A DNA stretch of 64,000 bases, from NCBI RefSeq assembly GCF_006345805.1, contig NC_042999.1, forward strand, positions 79,360,001 through 79,424,000, written 5' to 3'. Positions 1 to 13,571 of this stretch are shown one piece after another. The position numbers and the translations under genes were made by a program. The notes under the pieces are model-generated. The model worked only from the letters and a program-made list of their open reading frames with translations. It made no database searches and was not told where the DNA came from. Position 1 is the first letter of the stretch. Every line of letters starts with the position of its first letter. Source of the stretch: Octopus sinensis. Taxonomy: Eukaryota.

Positions 1-192
1 CTTTTCATGCATATTTGATTTTACTGAATGTTCTTGTAAGTGAAATTGGTGGTCATGTGATGAATTGGAATACATGTGGGGCAATTTTTATCTGATGTGA
101 TTATGGAATCTGACGTCGAACACATATGAACTATGAATGAATATATTGGTTAATTGATGTACTTCAGGTGTTTATATAGCCTGATACTAGGT

Positions 193-330
193 CAGTAGTT
201 CTCAATTTTTTTTTTGTTCTATGGACCCATTTTTATTCCTATTTTATTCGAGGAGACCCATTGCATTTTTATAATTAAATATTATTACGAATTGCAATAA
301 ACAAAATATTTTGTGTATTAGAAGTATAAC
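193..330 (+). mobile_element. Possible left end of a hAT-type MITE (degenerate)
   Basis: Starts CAGTAGTTCTCAA, resembling the CAGTGGTTCTCAA terminal repeat of hAT/Charlie-like MITEs; no matching right end seen. Confidence 0.3.
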
Positions 331-377
331 CAATTTATTGCCATAAATTTTAACGACAAAGTCGTATAAGTAATTTA

Positions 378-478
378 AAATTTTGCACAAGGCCAGCAAT
401 TTTAGGGGTGGGAATAAATCAATGACGTCGACCCCGGTGATCCACCGGTACTAATTTATTGACCCCCGAAAGGGTCGA
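378..478 (-). mobile_element. SINE family A, 3' fragment
   Basis: Aligns by eye to the 3' half of the complete family A copy at 54915-55130 (gtcgaccccagt...ctggtact..tt.atcgaccccgaaag). Confidence 0.65.
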
Positions 479-957
479 TAATTAATTATATCTCGGTGGT
501 AGGGCTACCACGTAGAACTTTTCAACAATAAACCCAGCTTAACTCAGTGCCCATTAAGGAAAGCTTTGATTGAAAGGCATTCCAGCCATAATAATCCTGT
601 ACTTTCGTACATTAGACGCTACATTTTCTAAGAGGTTCTCTCTTTTCTAATACAGTACTAAAAGCATGCGTTGGTCACTATATCTACCACATTTATCGAC
701 CGCAGAGAAGCTCTCGTTTAACCGTTGCTGTTTTAGTCATTGTTTAAACCTAGGTGAGCTCAGACTAAACATATCTAGGATAAAAAACAACAAAGGTTCC
801 AGCTGTGATCGTCTTGTCTTTTGGTATGCCAGGAACTTCATTATTCAAAAATGTGTGAGCTGAGGGAGGTGTTCTGGGTTCTATGTATGAGCAGATTGGA
901 TTACCTCACAGTGGTTTCTCACTGACTGAGATCTGCTAATTGTCATTTAGTATATTT

Positions 958-1088
958 ATATACATACATACATATATACATACATTCATACATACACATA
1001 CACATACATACATACATACATACATACATACATACATACATACATACAACATACATACATACATACACACACACACATATACATACGT
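958..1088. repeat. (TACA)n/(CA)n microsatellite
   Basis: Direct tandem repeat. Confidence 0.95.
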
Positions 1089-1336
1089 ACAAAGGGGGGG
1101 GGGCTTATTAGCAATTAGGACCTAAAAGTAAAATTAATAGAGGTCACAAAAGTAACGGAGGGTACAGATATAACACACACACACACATTGTTGATAGTGG
1201 AAGCTTATGATCAAAAACATTCATTTCACACGCACGTGGTTTTTCCCTATGACCAACGAAATCAGGACTATGTTATGCATAGTGTCCAGTTCTAACCCAG
1301 CAGGATATCCCTTTCTCTCTACATGTGTGTGAAGTA

Positions 1337-1367
<31 letters not shown>

Positions 1368-1799
1368 GTGTGCATGCGTGTATACATGTGTCTGTGTGTG
1401 CGAATGTGCATCTATATATGTTCAGGTATGCCTGTAAGCCTCAGCATTCAGAGATGCTACATTATGCATGACGGTGTCCTTTCAGTTTATGGTGATGATG
1501 ATGAGGAGGAAGAGAGTAAGAAGAAGGAGGGGGGATTATAGTCGCTACATTCAAGCATCATTCAAGAGACAATAAAGGATCGTATTAATGCCATACAAAA
1601 CAGTATGACTGCTTTATGCTTTATTAAAATACTCACAGCAAACTGAATTTACAACAGAAAAGACCCCCCACACACTCAGATCTTGATTCACCCCCATTCG
1701 TACACGGCATACATACATACACAGATACATACATACATTATATATATTATATATATTATATATATATATATATATTTATAGTTTAATGTATATGATAAC

Positions 1800-2400
1800 A
1801 AGCCTACTGTATCACTAGGAGTGTTATGAATAACTGCCTTGATAAGATCTCCACTGTATGCAACTATCACTAGCTCCTCATAACTATACATTGTATACAT
1901 TGAAGAATATTTATCTCTCACCAGATGAAGTACCTTTTTTGTACTCTAACGTATTTAGGTATGGTATTAAAGAGGGATGGACCGGTTGAGGTAAAATAAT
2001 TGCGACATAATTTTGCTATGTGTACCGTGTTCGGTTTTTTGTAGTAGGTGGATAGCACGGGTCCAAGTCTTGGATGGATTTTAAAATTGATACCAACACC
2101 ATTTGTGTAAGATTGATGGAATATTTTACACATAACACAAATGATGTGGCGCTCCCGGCGGTGTGGGAGAGAGTAGAGATTGAGTTTTTTAGTCTACCCC
2201 AATAATCAATGCATCTCATGCCGTCTATCTTTCTTGTTATTGACCTCTGGAGTGCTTCTACTTTCATAATGAGTTGCTTCGTATGGGGGGACCACAGTGG
2301 GCAACAGTATTCAAGGTGGGATGGGGCAAAAGTAGAGTAGAGAAGGATGATGGTGTAGGCATCTCTAGACCGGAAAGTTCTCATATATGTATGTAGGACC
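1800..2400 (-). mobile_element. CR1-group LINE, 3' fragment of ORF2 (frameshifted)
   Basis: Translation RTFRSRD...SHLEYCCPLWSPHTKQLIMKVEALQRSITRKIDGMRCIDYWGRLK, then after a frameshift KLNLYSLPHRRERHII...YFTSTGPSLFNTIPK. This is the typical post-RT C-terminus of CR1/L2-group LINEs. Confidence 0.85.
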
Positions 2401-2409
2401 ACTCCGTCG

Positions 2410-2712
2410 GTTATGACGACGAGGGTCCCAGCTGATACGATCAACGGAGCAGCTTGCTCGTGAAATTAACGTGCAAGGGGCTGAGCACTCCACAGACACG
2501 TGTATCCTTAACGTAGTTCTCAGGGAGATTCAGTGTGACACAGAGTGTGACAAGGCTGGCCCTTTGAAATACAGGTACTACTAATTTTTGCCAGCTGAGT
2601 GTACTGGAGCAACGTGAAACAAAGTGTCTTGCTCAAGGACACAACACGTCACCGGAAATTGAACTCACGACCTTGCGATCGTGAGCCGAATACCACTAAG
2701 CAATGCGCCGTC
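2410..2712 (-). mobile_element. tRNA-headed SINE family C with CORE-like central domain
   Basis: Minus strand reads ggcgcattgcttagtggtattcggctcacgatcgcaaggtcgtgagttcaat (A/B box-like head), then gtgtccttgagcaagacacttt...cagctg (CORE-like). Head and core are shared with 15917-16258; the 3' part differs. Confidence 0.8.
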
Positions 2713-3507
2713 AGTATGTATGTATACATATAAACATGCATATATGTATATATGCATACCTACATGCATAAATACAGAAATTCATATATTATTCTCTGCA
2801 TATATACCTACATACCTTCACACATACACTTTCAGGAATATTTGCAAATACTCATGCATCTACAAATATAAAACACATAGATATTCTATGTGCATTCCCT
2901 CCCCACACACACACGCCCACGGTGAGACACGTACATGCATTCATAAATATATGAATTCAAATGGCTTCTTATACGTCAGTGGATGCTGAGATCAAATTTT
3001 CTTCAAATAGAAGACGATCATATGTCTGGTGAACAAGTTTAATGTAAAATTTTTCCTAAAATAATATCCTCTAGTCTTAAAGAACGATCAAATATAAAAT
3101 TCTGATCTTGGACGCCCAATTTTGGGAGAACATGCCACTACGAAAGAAGAATATCAATGTTAAACCACAATATTAAACATGTTTAACTCGTTTTCCATGA
3201 ATGTACGGATGCACATACTTAGATACATTATTAATATTGCATCATAGATTATCTGGGTATTTTTGCCCTTACTACTTTCAAGTTCGTCCTGATCAGTATT
3301 AATCAACTATATATCTTATATCTTTATATATATATATATATATATGTAGAGAAGTATATAAATTTTTACGATGTTAATATATGAAACTTTATATTTTGAT
3401 GTGTCTAACTCATTTCTCCCAACATATATTTCTATACCCGCTCAAGTTTAATTCTCTTGAACACTACAAACGGTATTTTATACGGAGAATATCTGATCTC
3501 ATCTTTG

Positions 3508-3579
<72 letters not shown>

Positions 3580-3954
3580 GGAAAGGTATAACTTGGGGTG
3601 GGGGACACCACATGTTCACAACTGTCCTTCATTTTTTTCCCTTCAGATAAAATGGCTAGTTTTCTTTATGTCTGTTTATTGGTGGCATGTTAAGTCAAAG
3701 CTAATTCCTTGCGATTGTCTCCTTTCGAATTCGGAATCGGTTCCAAATGTCGCTAGTTGTTTATTTACTTTCTCTCGAAGTGAAGATGATTTAATTAAAC
3801 GAAATATTTATCTGAAAATCTACATAGTGTATCATCGGTTTTGTTTTCGAAATCCACGTCACTGATCTCTCAGAGAAGGGCGGGGAGAGAGAGAGAGAGT
3901 GAGTGAGAGAGAGAGAGAGAGTGAAAGAGAGCGAAAGAAAAAGAGAATGAAAGA

Positions 3955-4115
3955 AGCACTGGTGTGGTTGTATGGCTAAGAAGTTTACTTCGCAAACTAG
4001 GTAATTCTGGGTTCGGTCTCACTGCGCAGCGTTTTGGATAAGTGTGTTCTACACAAATCCGGACTCAACTATACCTTTTAAAGGGATTTTAGTAGCCGCA
4101 AACTGAGTGGGAGAT
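3955..4115 (+). mobile_element. SINE family B, degenerate 5' part
   Basis: gtgtggttgtatggctaagaag...ctgggttcggtctcactgcg...ttggataagtgtgttctac resembles the head of the copies at 59417 and 62735. Confidence 0.6.
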
Positions 4116-6789
4116 ATAGCTATAACACATACACACACATTCACATATTCACATCCGCAAACACGCGCGCACGCACACACACGCACGCACTTTCTGATAT
4201 CTGATATGTGACCTTAGAAGAGAAGTATGCTAAAACATTGAAACAGTCAGCGATTTGTAAGGTGACTTACATTTACATATATGCAAGTATACATATGTGT
4301 GTTCTGTTAATGTTCATCCACAATTCGAGTGATTGACTCCTATTCGTAGTAAACAACCAGCTACCCTGGACATGAAGCTAGCTACAACATTCTAGAGAAT
4401 AATGGTGTACTGAGCTTCAATACCATCTCATCAAATCTACTCTTAGTGTTACGTTTTCGTTTCACATTTCTTCTTCCACTATATCATCTTCAGGAATATG
4501 TAGTTAGGGACATTTATTTCTTATCAGTTTAATGACCATACCTGGATTTTACAGGTTATGAGTAATTTAACTTCTTGACAAAAAAAAAAAAAAAGAAACG
4601 AAGCAATTGCTTCCTCAGTAGAGTTGTTATTAAGTCAGTGTAACTGAGGAAATAACTATAATCGCTTAATATGATTTCCTAAATGTGGGCTCGGTGAGAC
4701 TGAAGATTTCAATATCATACGTTTTTTAATACTAAGAAACGGGAGGTCACCAACCTCAGGATATATATGAAATTTTCACATGAATTCTAAGAAATGAGGT
4801 GAACTCTGAAATTGATCCCTCGATCAATAATAACCGAAACTTCAATTCACCCGCTGCCATCTTAAATAGTGGCATATACGTTGTACAATGTTTCTTATGA
4901 TCAGGCCCAGTGTCAGACCTTAGCACCTGGGAGTGCTTTAGAATATTCTGGGTTGGCACTAATTTGTAATAATGTTAATGTGGAGCTTCGATATAAGAGC
5001 ATCACTATAAATCTGAGTGTACACCATTGAATAGTGAAGGGGGCAGTGCCGTCCAGTACAACCCCTTAGCGACGGGAGAGCTCATGATACCTCAAAAAGG
5101 GATGGATTTAATTTGAAATCAATAAGAGATTCACAAAAGTACAAAGTTCAAAAAACAATACAGTCGACTCACACATATAGAAATTGACAACAGGGGAAGA
5201 CACAGGGGATTTACTTTTATATATTAAACTGACAAGCATAAACTTATGACTCAGAAAAGAAATGCACAAAGGAAACAAAAACAAAACATAAAAACATAAA
5301 AGAAATTAACTGAGAGAAAGGCGTTTCAGATTTATAATATTTTTACAAATAATTTTCGATAAATAGAGGTTAATCGTGTTTGGCGAGGTCACTACAGTGG
5401 CACTAATTTTGATAATTCACAATAGGCCGTAATATTTAGAAATAAACGGGATGTGAATTCAACAGTTCTTGTGAATTATCAAATGGCCGAAATGACTGTT
5501 ATAGGATCTACACACACACACACACACATGCATATGAGTGTGTGTGTGTGTGTGCATGTACGTATGTATGTATGAATGTATTTACAAATACATTTATATA
5601 GTTTGAAAAGTAGCTCAAATGGTAAGATAATATAGCAAAGCATATATGTATTTTTTAAATTATTATTACTCTTGTAGTAATAATAATATCTTGTAGTATA
5701 CAACTCCTGTAGTATTCTCAGTTAGTATTACGTGCCAAGACACTTATGAGACTGAAAAATTCACCTTCATTCACTCCTACACATGAACTAATTGCAGCTA
5801 ACTCTATATCTCTTCCCCACACACCTCTGACACCTTTGCAAGCATTCAAATAGAAGAAGAGCACCAAGAAAGAAAAAAAATCTCTGCATATATTAGCTCC
5901 TGCACTGCCTTAAAGAATACAAAAAGGAAGCTGTATCCAATTGCACATGTACACGATTACGATTCACACCCAGTATAATAGAAAAATGTAGATAAATGTA
6001 AATATGAGTGTAGTGAATACATATATGTAAATGTATATGTGAATGTATACTAGCATGTGTGAGAGTGAGTACATGTGTCTGCATATATATACACATGCTA
6101 TCGTCATCTAAATTGTGCAGTTACCAGTATGTAGAATTTATGAACATAACTCAACGTCTTCTTAAAACCTGAACGAGGTAGTTATGCGTTTGCATACGCG
6201 CGCCCCTAGGATGTACAAAATGTATGGATGGATGATACCTTAATACACATGACTATATATACCTCTATATGTTGCAATGTTCCTGTGTATTTACATGCAT
6301 CCGTATGATTGCATGTATGTGTGCGTAAATTATATATGAGACATGTTCTTGACCCTCAGACAGAAGATAAACTGTCTTTACTTCAAATTTTTAATGAATT
6401 TTTACTTTTGATTGATAAGGGGAGATTCATTGAAACCTGTAATATTTTCTTTACATAATTTTAAATAATCCTTTTTATTAGATTCCCTCTTAAATTGAAA
6501 TGTCTTTGACTTACTTCTGTGCTATTTCCACCTCCATCTTTTATATATAAAAATTTGGTTTGTATATATAAAGTGAAAGGGATGGCAGTCTTTATATGTG
6601 TGTGCATGCGTGCGTGCGTTGTGTGAGCTTGCTTGTGCACGTGCGTGTACATATGTGCACTCTCTCTTACACACATGCTTTTATATGCTTTCATTCTCTG
6701 GTTAGTTTCATCTGGAGGTTTGCAATCATGCTGGAAAACTACCTAAGCAGTTTGCACATTTTCTTCATTACTCAGTTTAAATGAATGAA

Positions 6790-7260
6790 GTAGCTTGATA
6801 CCGCTTGCTGTGGCGTTGGTGTGTCTGTAATTGCAGACAAAAGATTATCCAAGTGCTACTTCAGTACATTTGCATCCTCTTCATGTAGATTTATCAGTAT
6901 GGGAAGGTATTGAAAAGCCGTGGGCTTGTAAAACCTATGTGTGAGACCTTCAACACTATGCAGTGGCGAGCAGTTCGTAGATTGGTATAGCTCTCAATAC
7001 AAATGTTTGCAGCAAGTGGTGTTTATGAAGCATCGTTGGATTACTTCTGGAGCTGCTTCACTGCTTTGCTTGTGACAAATCGGAACAAATATTCTCTACA
7101 AAAGCAACATGGCTACCTACTCTCTCGTACTTAATGTTTTCAGGATACCTGCCCCTCAGCCTTTCATACTTTGCTTCCACCTATGTACAAGAAAAGATAT
7201 TTCATTACTCAAATTTATCCTTAGACCACTCACTGGCTGCGTCTCTCGAATTGCTTCCTC
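6790..7260 (-). mobile_element. CR1-group LINE, highly decayed 3' fragment
   Basis: Minus-strand frames give PRLFNTFP and NLHEEDANVLK*HLDNLLSAITDTP, matching the PxLFNxxP...FKxxLDxxLxxIPDxP C-terminus also seen at 1800-2400 and 45695-46005. Confidence 0.5.
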
Positions 7261-8367
7261 TCCTATGTAACATGGTTGTGGAGTGTTTGTGGGCTTTTAG
7301 CGAAGTGTTTGAAAGATTACAGGGTTAAATTGCGATTGCGCGCTATTTTCATCAAACTAATTGCAGATTGTGTTTAAGTCTTGCTGTAGTTTTGTCTCTA
7401 CAATTCTACTTAGCTATGGTTCCACTTGTTTTTCTGCATATGTATTTCCAATATTGACTTGATATAGGAATATATATATCATAACTTATATACACATATC
7501 TGCTTATCGATCTTTTTTTCTCAACCTTTTAAACGCCATACTGCCTCAAAGCCGCTTATTTTTGCCACTCTCTCTGCTACGATGCTGTAACATATATAAC
7601 TTTCTCTTTCGTAGTTCTTTTTTGTATGTAACTTATATAAACTTTTCATTTGCACATCACAGGTGTGAGTATGTGAGCGTATGTGCTATGTTTGTCATGA
7701 AGTACGTGCAAGTAAAACTTTTCCGGTGTACCTATTTACAAAACGAATGTTTGTATGTTAAAGTTCCCATATATGTACTTATGGATCTTTACTTATGTAT
7801 CTATATATATATATAGGTAATACATTTGTGTGTGCATGTTTATTATATATGTGTGTTTGTATATATGCGTATGTGTATTCTATACATTTGTGTGTGTTTG
7901 TGTGCATGTGTATATATAAAAACATACCTGCAAGTGTTTAAATGCTTATTTTTTTTCGCACGTCTGTGTGGCCATGATAACATGCATGTATGTATGTATT
8001 ACATATATGAGTGTCCGTGTGTTCGCGTACATTCCTCACTTACTAATTAAATATATTAAATGTGCTGTGCATGTATACACATGAATGCGTATTAGCAAAC
8101 GCCACACCACATTCACCATTCCATTTATCAGCCAGTTTTCAAAATTATGTACTACAATCATGTAACATTAAGTATCAATTTCTTTCATATTCAATTTCAT
8201 ATTTTCTTTTTCTTTTTGTGCGAAACAAATCTTACTTGCTGAATTTTCAGTTTGCTGAGTGCATCGGTACGAAGACTTGGGCCACACACTAGCGCTATGA
8301 ATATTTCCAACCCATATATATATATATATATACATATATATATGTATGTATATATATATATATATAC

Positions 8368-8415
<48 letters not shown>

Positions 8416-8807
8416 TATATTACATATATATATGTATGTATATATACATATATATACATATATATGTATATATATATATATCTATATATATATATATATA
8501 TATACGTGTGTGTGTGTATATATATGTATATGTATATATATGTATATATATACACACACGCTCTCACTCACACACACACACATACACATCAGTGTATATA
8601 GGGGAAAAATCTTATTGTTTTGTACGTATATATACGTATATAAACGCATACTTATTTGTAGATTAATTATGTGTCCGTCTTCCTATCTGTATACATGTGG
8701 CCGTGTATGCATGCATGTCATATACGGTTGTATGTATGTGTTTATTAGCTGATGAATGTGTGTGTGTGTGTGTCAATATTTGCTTGTTTGTCAGTCAGTG
8801 TTTGTGT

Positions 8808-8849
<42 letters not shown>

Positions 8850-8947
8850 CGTATGTGTGTGTATGCGTGTGTAATAGCGAAGAAGCAGAAATATTCGAGA
8901 AGTTGAATCTCGTTTTGAAGGTTGGTAAAAAACGGGCTTCTACTTAC

Positions 8948-8977
8948 TGACTTCAATAGGGACATTTCGTTCGGCAT
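8948..8977 (-). CDS. Candidate 30-nt micro-exon of an unidentified minus-strand gene
   Basis: ttctcctttcctctgCAG|atgccgaacgaaatgtccctattgaagtca|GTAAGT: strong acceptor and consensus donor. Length is a multiple of 3 and two frames are open (MPNEMSLLKS or xAERNVPIEVx). Confidence 0.4.
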
Positions 8978-9045
8978 CTGCAGAGGAAAGGAGAAGTGCT
9001 TTGGCTAGTTAAGTTTTTTAAGGCACGGTGGTCAAGTTCATAGTT

Positions 9046-9047
9046 GA

Positions 9048-9104
<57 letters not shown>

Positions 9105-9165
9105 TATTATTATTATTATTATTATTATCATCATTATCATTATTGATATTATAATCATCAATATT
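9046..9165. repeat. (ATT)n microsatellite
   Basis: Direct tandem repeat. Confidence 0.95.
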
Positions 9166-9538
9166 ACTGAAGATTCCCCGTATCTTAGTTACATCTATTG
9201 ATATAACATTTGTCAAATATAAACAAATGTATAAGAACTATACATGTGTATACACATCTACAGAAAAACTCAATCGCACACACACACACGCATGCACACA
9301 CACACTTATATGTATATATAGACATACATAGGTATATATACATGCATTCATACATACATACATGCATACTTACACACATACAAACATACATACATACATA
9401 CATACAAGCATACATACATATATATATATATATACAATTATATTATTATAATTATTAGGGAATATTACTTCCGAGTACACAGGAAAAAGACATTCAAATT
9501 AGATGTACTAAAATGAACATCACTCAATGTTTAATTCG

Positions 9539-10109
9539 TATATATAAAAGTAATTTTAGAGACTGAACCACCTTCATCTCAATCAACACTGAAAGATTTT
9601 ATACCCGACCACTCCATAAAATGTTAAAAATTAAATCTTATACTAACTATATCTATTCTGAATCCTGTATTTTCCATTTATAAGATTACACGTGTTTCAT
9701 GAAAGTACGTCGGTATTGATTAGATAAGAGGTATCTAGTTTCAATACTTACTCGGGTCGACATACTCCCAATCTTCAGGTCTGGATTGCTCAACATTTTT
9801 CACTACCCCTAACTCTTATATAGTTCCATGATACTCTATATCTTCCTCTATATGTTGAGGAAACCAGACCTGAAGATTGGGAGTATGTCGACCCGAGTAA
9901 GTATTGAAACTAGATACCTCTTATCTAATCAATACCGACGTACTTTCATGAAACACGTGTAGTCTTATAAACGGAAAATACAGGATTCAGAATAGATATA
10001 GTTAGTATAAAATTTAATTTTTAACATTTTATGGAGTGGTCGGGTATAAAATCTTTCAGTGTTGATTGAGTTGAAGGCGGTTCAGTCTCTAAAATTACTT
10101 TTATATATA
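9539..10109. repeat. Long inverted repeat (fold-back), 258-bp arms with 55-bp spacer
   Basis: 9539-9796 is the reverse complement of 9852-10109, with 7 mismatches by manual alignment; outer ends run into TA repeats. Confidence 0.95.
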
Positions 10110-10121
10110 TATATATATATA

Positions 10122-10290
10122 TTGTCAGTCGAATAAGCGAACATTAAAATCAACAATAACAAAACAACTAGTGAAGGTGGAATGTATTAGACGCTCGGTA
10201 AAGATGATAAAAAAGAAAGTGTTTTTGACTTTCCGAGCACAGCTCTTCGTCAGAAAGGAAAACGTAAAAGTTCAGAGAAGAAAAATTATG
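10122..10290 (-). mobile_element. Penelope-like element pLTR/3' fragment with hammerhead-like core
   Basis: Minus strand reads ctgacga-a-gagc-tgt-gctc-ggaaagtc followed by actttc...ccgagcgtctaatacat, similar to the tail of the 60770-60945 fragment; abuts (TA)n. Confidence 0.5.
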
Positions 10291-10371
10291 ATCAACAGCA
10301 CGTGTGTCGTTACATACATATGCACATGTATATATGTGTGTGTATATTACATAAACACACACGCACATACT

Positions 10372-10411
<40 letters not shown>

Positions 10412-12184
10412 TACATACAAACATACGAAAGAAAGGATCACTCAGCACATTTGGTTAGAGTAAATGTATTTAAAACAGTTTGTGTCAATGTGCATGTGTA
10501 TAGGTGTATGTTTATGTATGTGTACGTGGATAAACCTACCTATATAGAATCATACATATAGACATATAAAGTAAGTATACATGTATATATACTAGGTATA
10601 TGAAAGTACATATAACGTTATGTAGGATCGAAAGTTTCCCTAGAAAATCAAAAGTGAAAGAAGAGCGCTCTATATAGACAACAGAGCTGAATGTCATCAT
10701 TAATATAATCTACAGGTACATTTGGGCGTACATAGGAATTTGAAATCCATAGTTGTAAACAATTATATAATGCGTACGTTTCTTATGGACCTCTCGTCAG
10801 TCACAAGTAAGAAAGTGATGTCCCTTGATGAATTATATCCCTTTGAATCACATGATTTCAAGTTAACATCGCCATCTTATTTTGGACTGATGAGACTTCC
10901 TCGAAAAATGTAGGCATTAAATAACTGTCAACAATTATGGATTTCTAAACTAAGGTACCGCTAATTGTGCTGGTAGACTATATTAATAATAATATATCGT
11001 GGTATATATGAGTAAAAAAAACATCACGATTATTCCTAATCTGGCCTCATATGTGAAGATACGATCATGCACACGCACTCACTCATGCACATGTTATATA
11101 TGAAGACTTTATGTATGCATATACGTATGTCAGTATATGTATATCTAAGCATATATGCATGCAGGCATATATAAGTCTTTTGCATGTGTAGTCTGTTGCT
11201 ACAAATCATTGATTAATATTTACATCGAATCCAGTAATATCTTATACAAAATTTAGAACTATGGAGCAAATCGTTTTTGGTCCCAAATCTACTCAGTTTT
11301 GGTCCACTACCAATATTTTATCTGTCTCTAGCCTTCATAAGATGGCTTGCAGTTATTCGTCTTTATTCAGGCTCTATACACAAGAAGTGAAATTCTAATA
11401 AAGCAGTTCAGATTATTCAGTTATGCTATTGATAACTAATATATATTACACTCTATTACGTTTTCCTATTTAAAAAAAAATCGTGTCAGATAACCAGTTG
11501 ATCTAATAATATACATATACAGAAGTAACAAAATATTGATTTAGTTAATTGGAAATGACCAAAAGATGCTGAAACACACACACACACACACACACGCACG
11601 CACAGACGCACACACACACGCTCACACACACATACAAATACACATTGGGGTACACAACAGACACACATTTAAACAGACGTTTGTAAAATTACACGCACAA
11701 ACATTATATATATATAAATATATATATATATATGAACTAATATATATAAAAATACATATATACATACGAATATATACGTATACAGACATACATATATATC
11801 TAAGCTAATATACATACATATAGATATACATATACACATAGATATTTATACACCTTCATATACATATGTACACATACCTAATTGATATACATACCCACAA
11901 ACATATGCACAAACATACATATTAGTACACTTTCGCGTACTCACACTCACTCACGCACACATACATCATACGTACATACATACACACACAGACATTATTG
12001 TGTGTAGAACTAGAGAGATATTTGCATGTAGCTATCGATGTAGATATATAAATCTCCATATTCTTATTCAAGGCTTTTAAGGTCATTTTAAGGAGTAACA
12101 ACAGTACATTTCTGGGAAACAATGCTAAAAATAGAATCAAATTTATCATAAATTTAGCTTCGATTTAAATCCAGTCAAAGTTTC

Positions 12185-12221
<37 letters not shown>

Positions 12222-12226
12222 GTATC

Positions 12227-12277
<51 letters not shown>

Positions 12278-12551
12278 CGACGCGCATTGGCCTCTGTATA
12301 GATTACGCTCTGCTATTTTGCAATATTTTACTAGCTACCAGAATACACGAGCAATTTAAAGCCCTAATTATTTAAACTATCTACAAATGGTATGGTGTAT
12401 CTATATGAATTTTTTCTTTATTAAGTGTAAATTCTCTTCCTCTCCCAAGCCCCCCCCCCGCCACACCAATATAAACGAGCAGAAATATTTATTCCACTGT
12501 ATCTTTATATATCTGTGCCTCACTCTTTCTCTCTCACATTGTATATATGCT

Positions 12552-12591
<40 letters not shown>

Positions 12592-12646
12592 AATACACAC
12601 ATATAGAAAGATATAAAGAGGAAGAAACCGGTAGGAAGAACGGCAC

Positions 12647-12695
<49 letters not shown>

Positions 12696-12767
12696 CATAT
12701 ATACATACATACAGATATATGTATAGTACATATAATACATATAATGTGTGTGTGTGTGTGCGCACGC

Positions 12768-12805
<38 letters not shown>

Positions 12806-13330
12806 TTATGAGTAATTTTTCTATTAGAACTCAGCTACTAGAGACTTTCCAATGATTGACGAAAGAGCTATTCATACGATTTAGACAAGTAATTAGCTAT
12901 CCCCAAATTACCTCATATATATACATTCGTAATTACTGCTGTGAAATGAATTATAAAATATTTATTGACTATATATATTCTTGCTTACATTATAAATAGA
13001 ACCTTGAGTGTTTCATTAACGTATGTCACAGTTTGTTGCTATTTAGCTATAGGCTTTATTAGATATGTTTTGTAATATGTAAGCTAGTTGTGTCTGTATA
13101 CGTATATGGCTGCACATATTTGTTTTACTTTATATCAAGCCACGTAGATATCGATCCAAATCTACGTACGCGTACCCACACAAACTTATATGTATATCTA
13201 TGTGCATATATATATATATATATACATTCATAAGTATGCATGCACATATATTCTTTAACATACACGCTTCTGTAAATGCATGCATACACACACATATACA
13301 TGTATACATATATATATACATGTATATATG

Positions 13331-13372
<42 letters not shown>

Positions 13373-13395
13373 ACACACACACACACACATATATA

Positions 13396-13428
<33 letters not shown>

Positions 13429-13536
13429 ATATGTGTGTATGTGTGTGTATGATGGCATAAATGTATAATGATCTATGTTTCTGCCTATCTCTTTAACTGT
13501 CAATCAAACCCTTCTGTCTATCTCTATCTCTTTCTG

Positions 13537-13571
<35 letters not shown>

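Noticed and set aside
4755-4786. 32-nt minus-strand exon candidate (NSCENFIYIL)
   Set aside because: Weak donor (GTTGGT) and no independent support.
8252-8906. Numerous YI/CV/HT-repeat ORFs here and throughout the window
   Set aside because: They are artefacts of (TA)n, (TG)n and (CA)n microsatellites lacking stop codons.
10780-10910. Additional CUGAnGA...GAAA strings (10795 -, 10887 +; also 14529 and 22814)
   Set aside because: Stems I and II do not pair adequately; compatible with chance.
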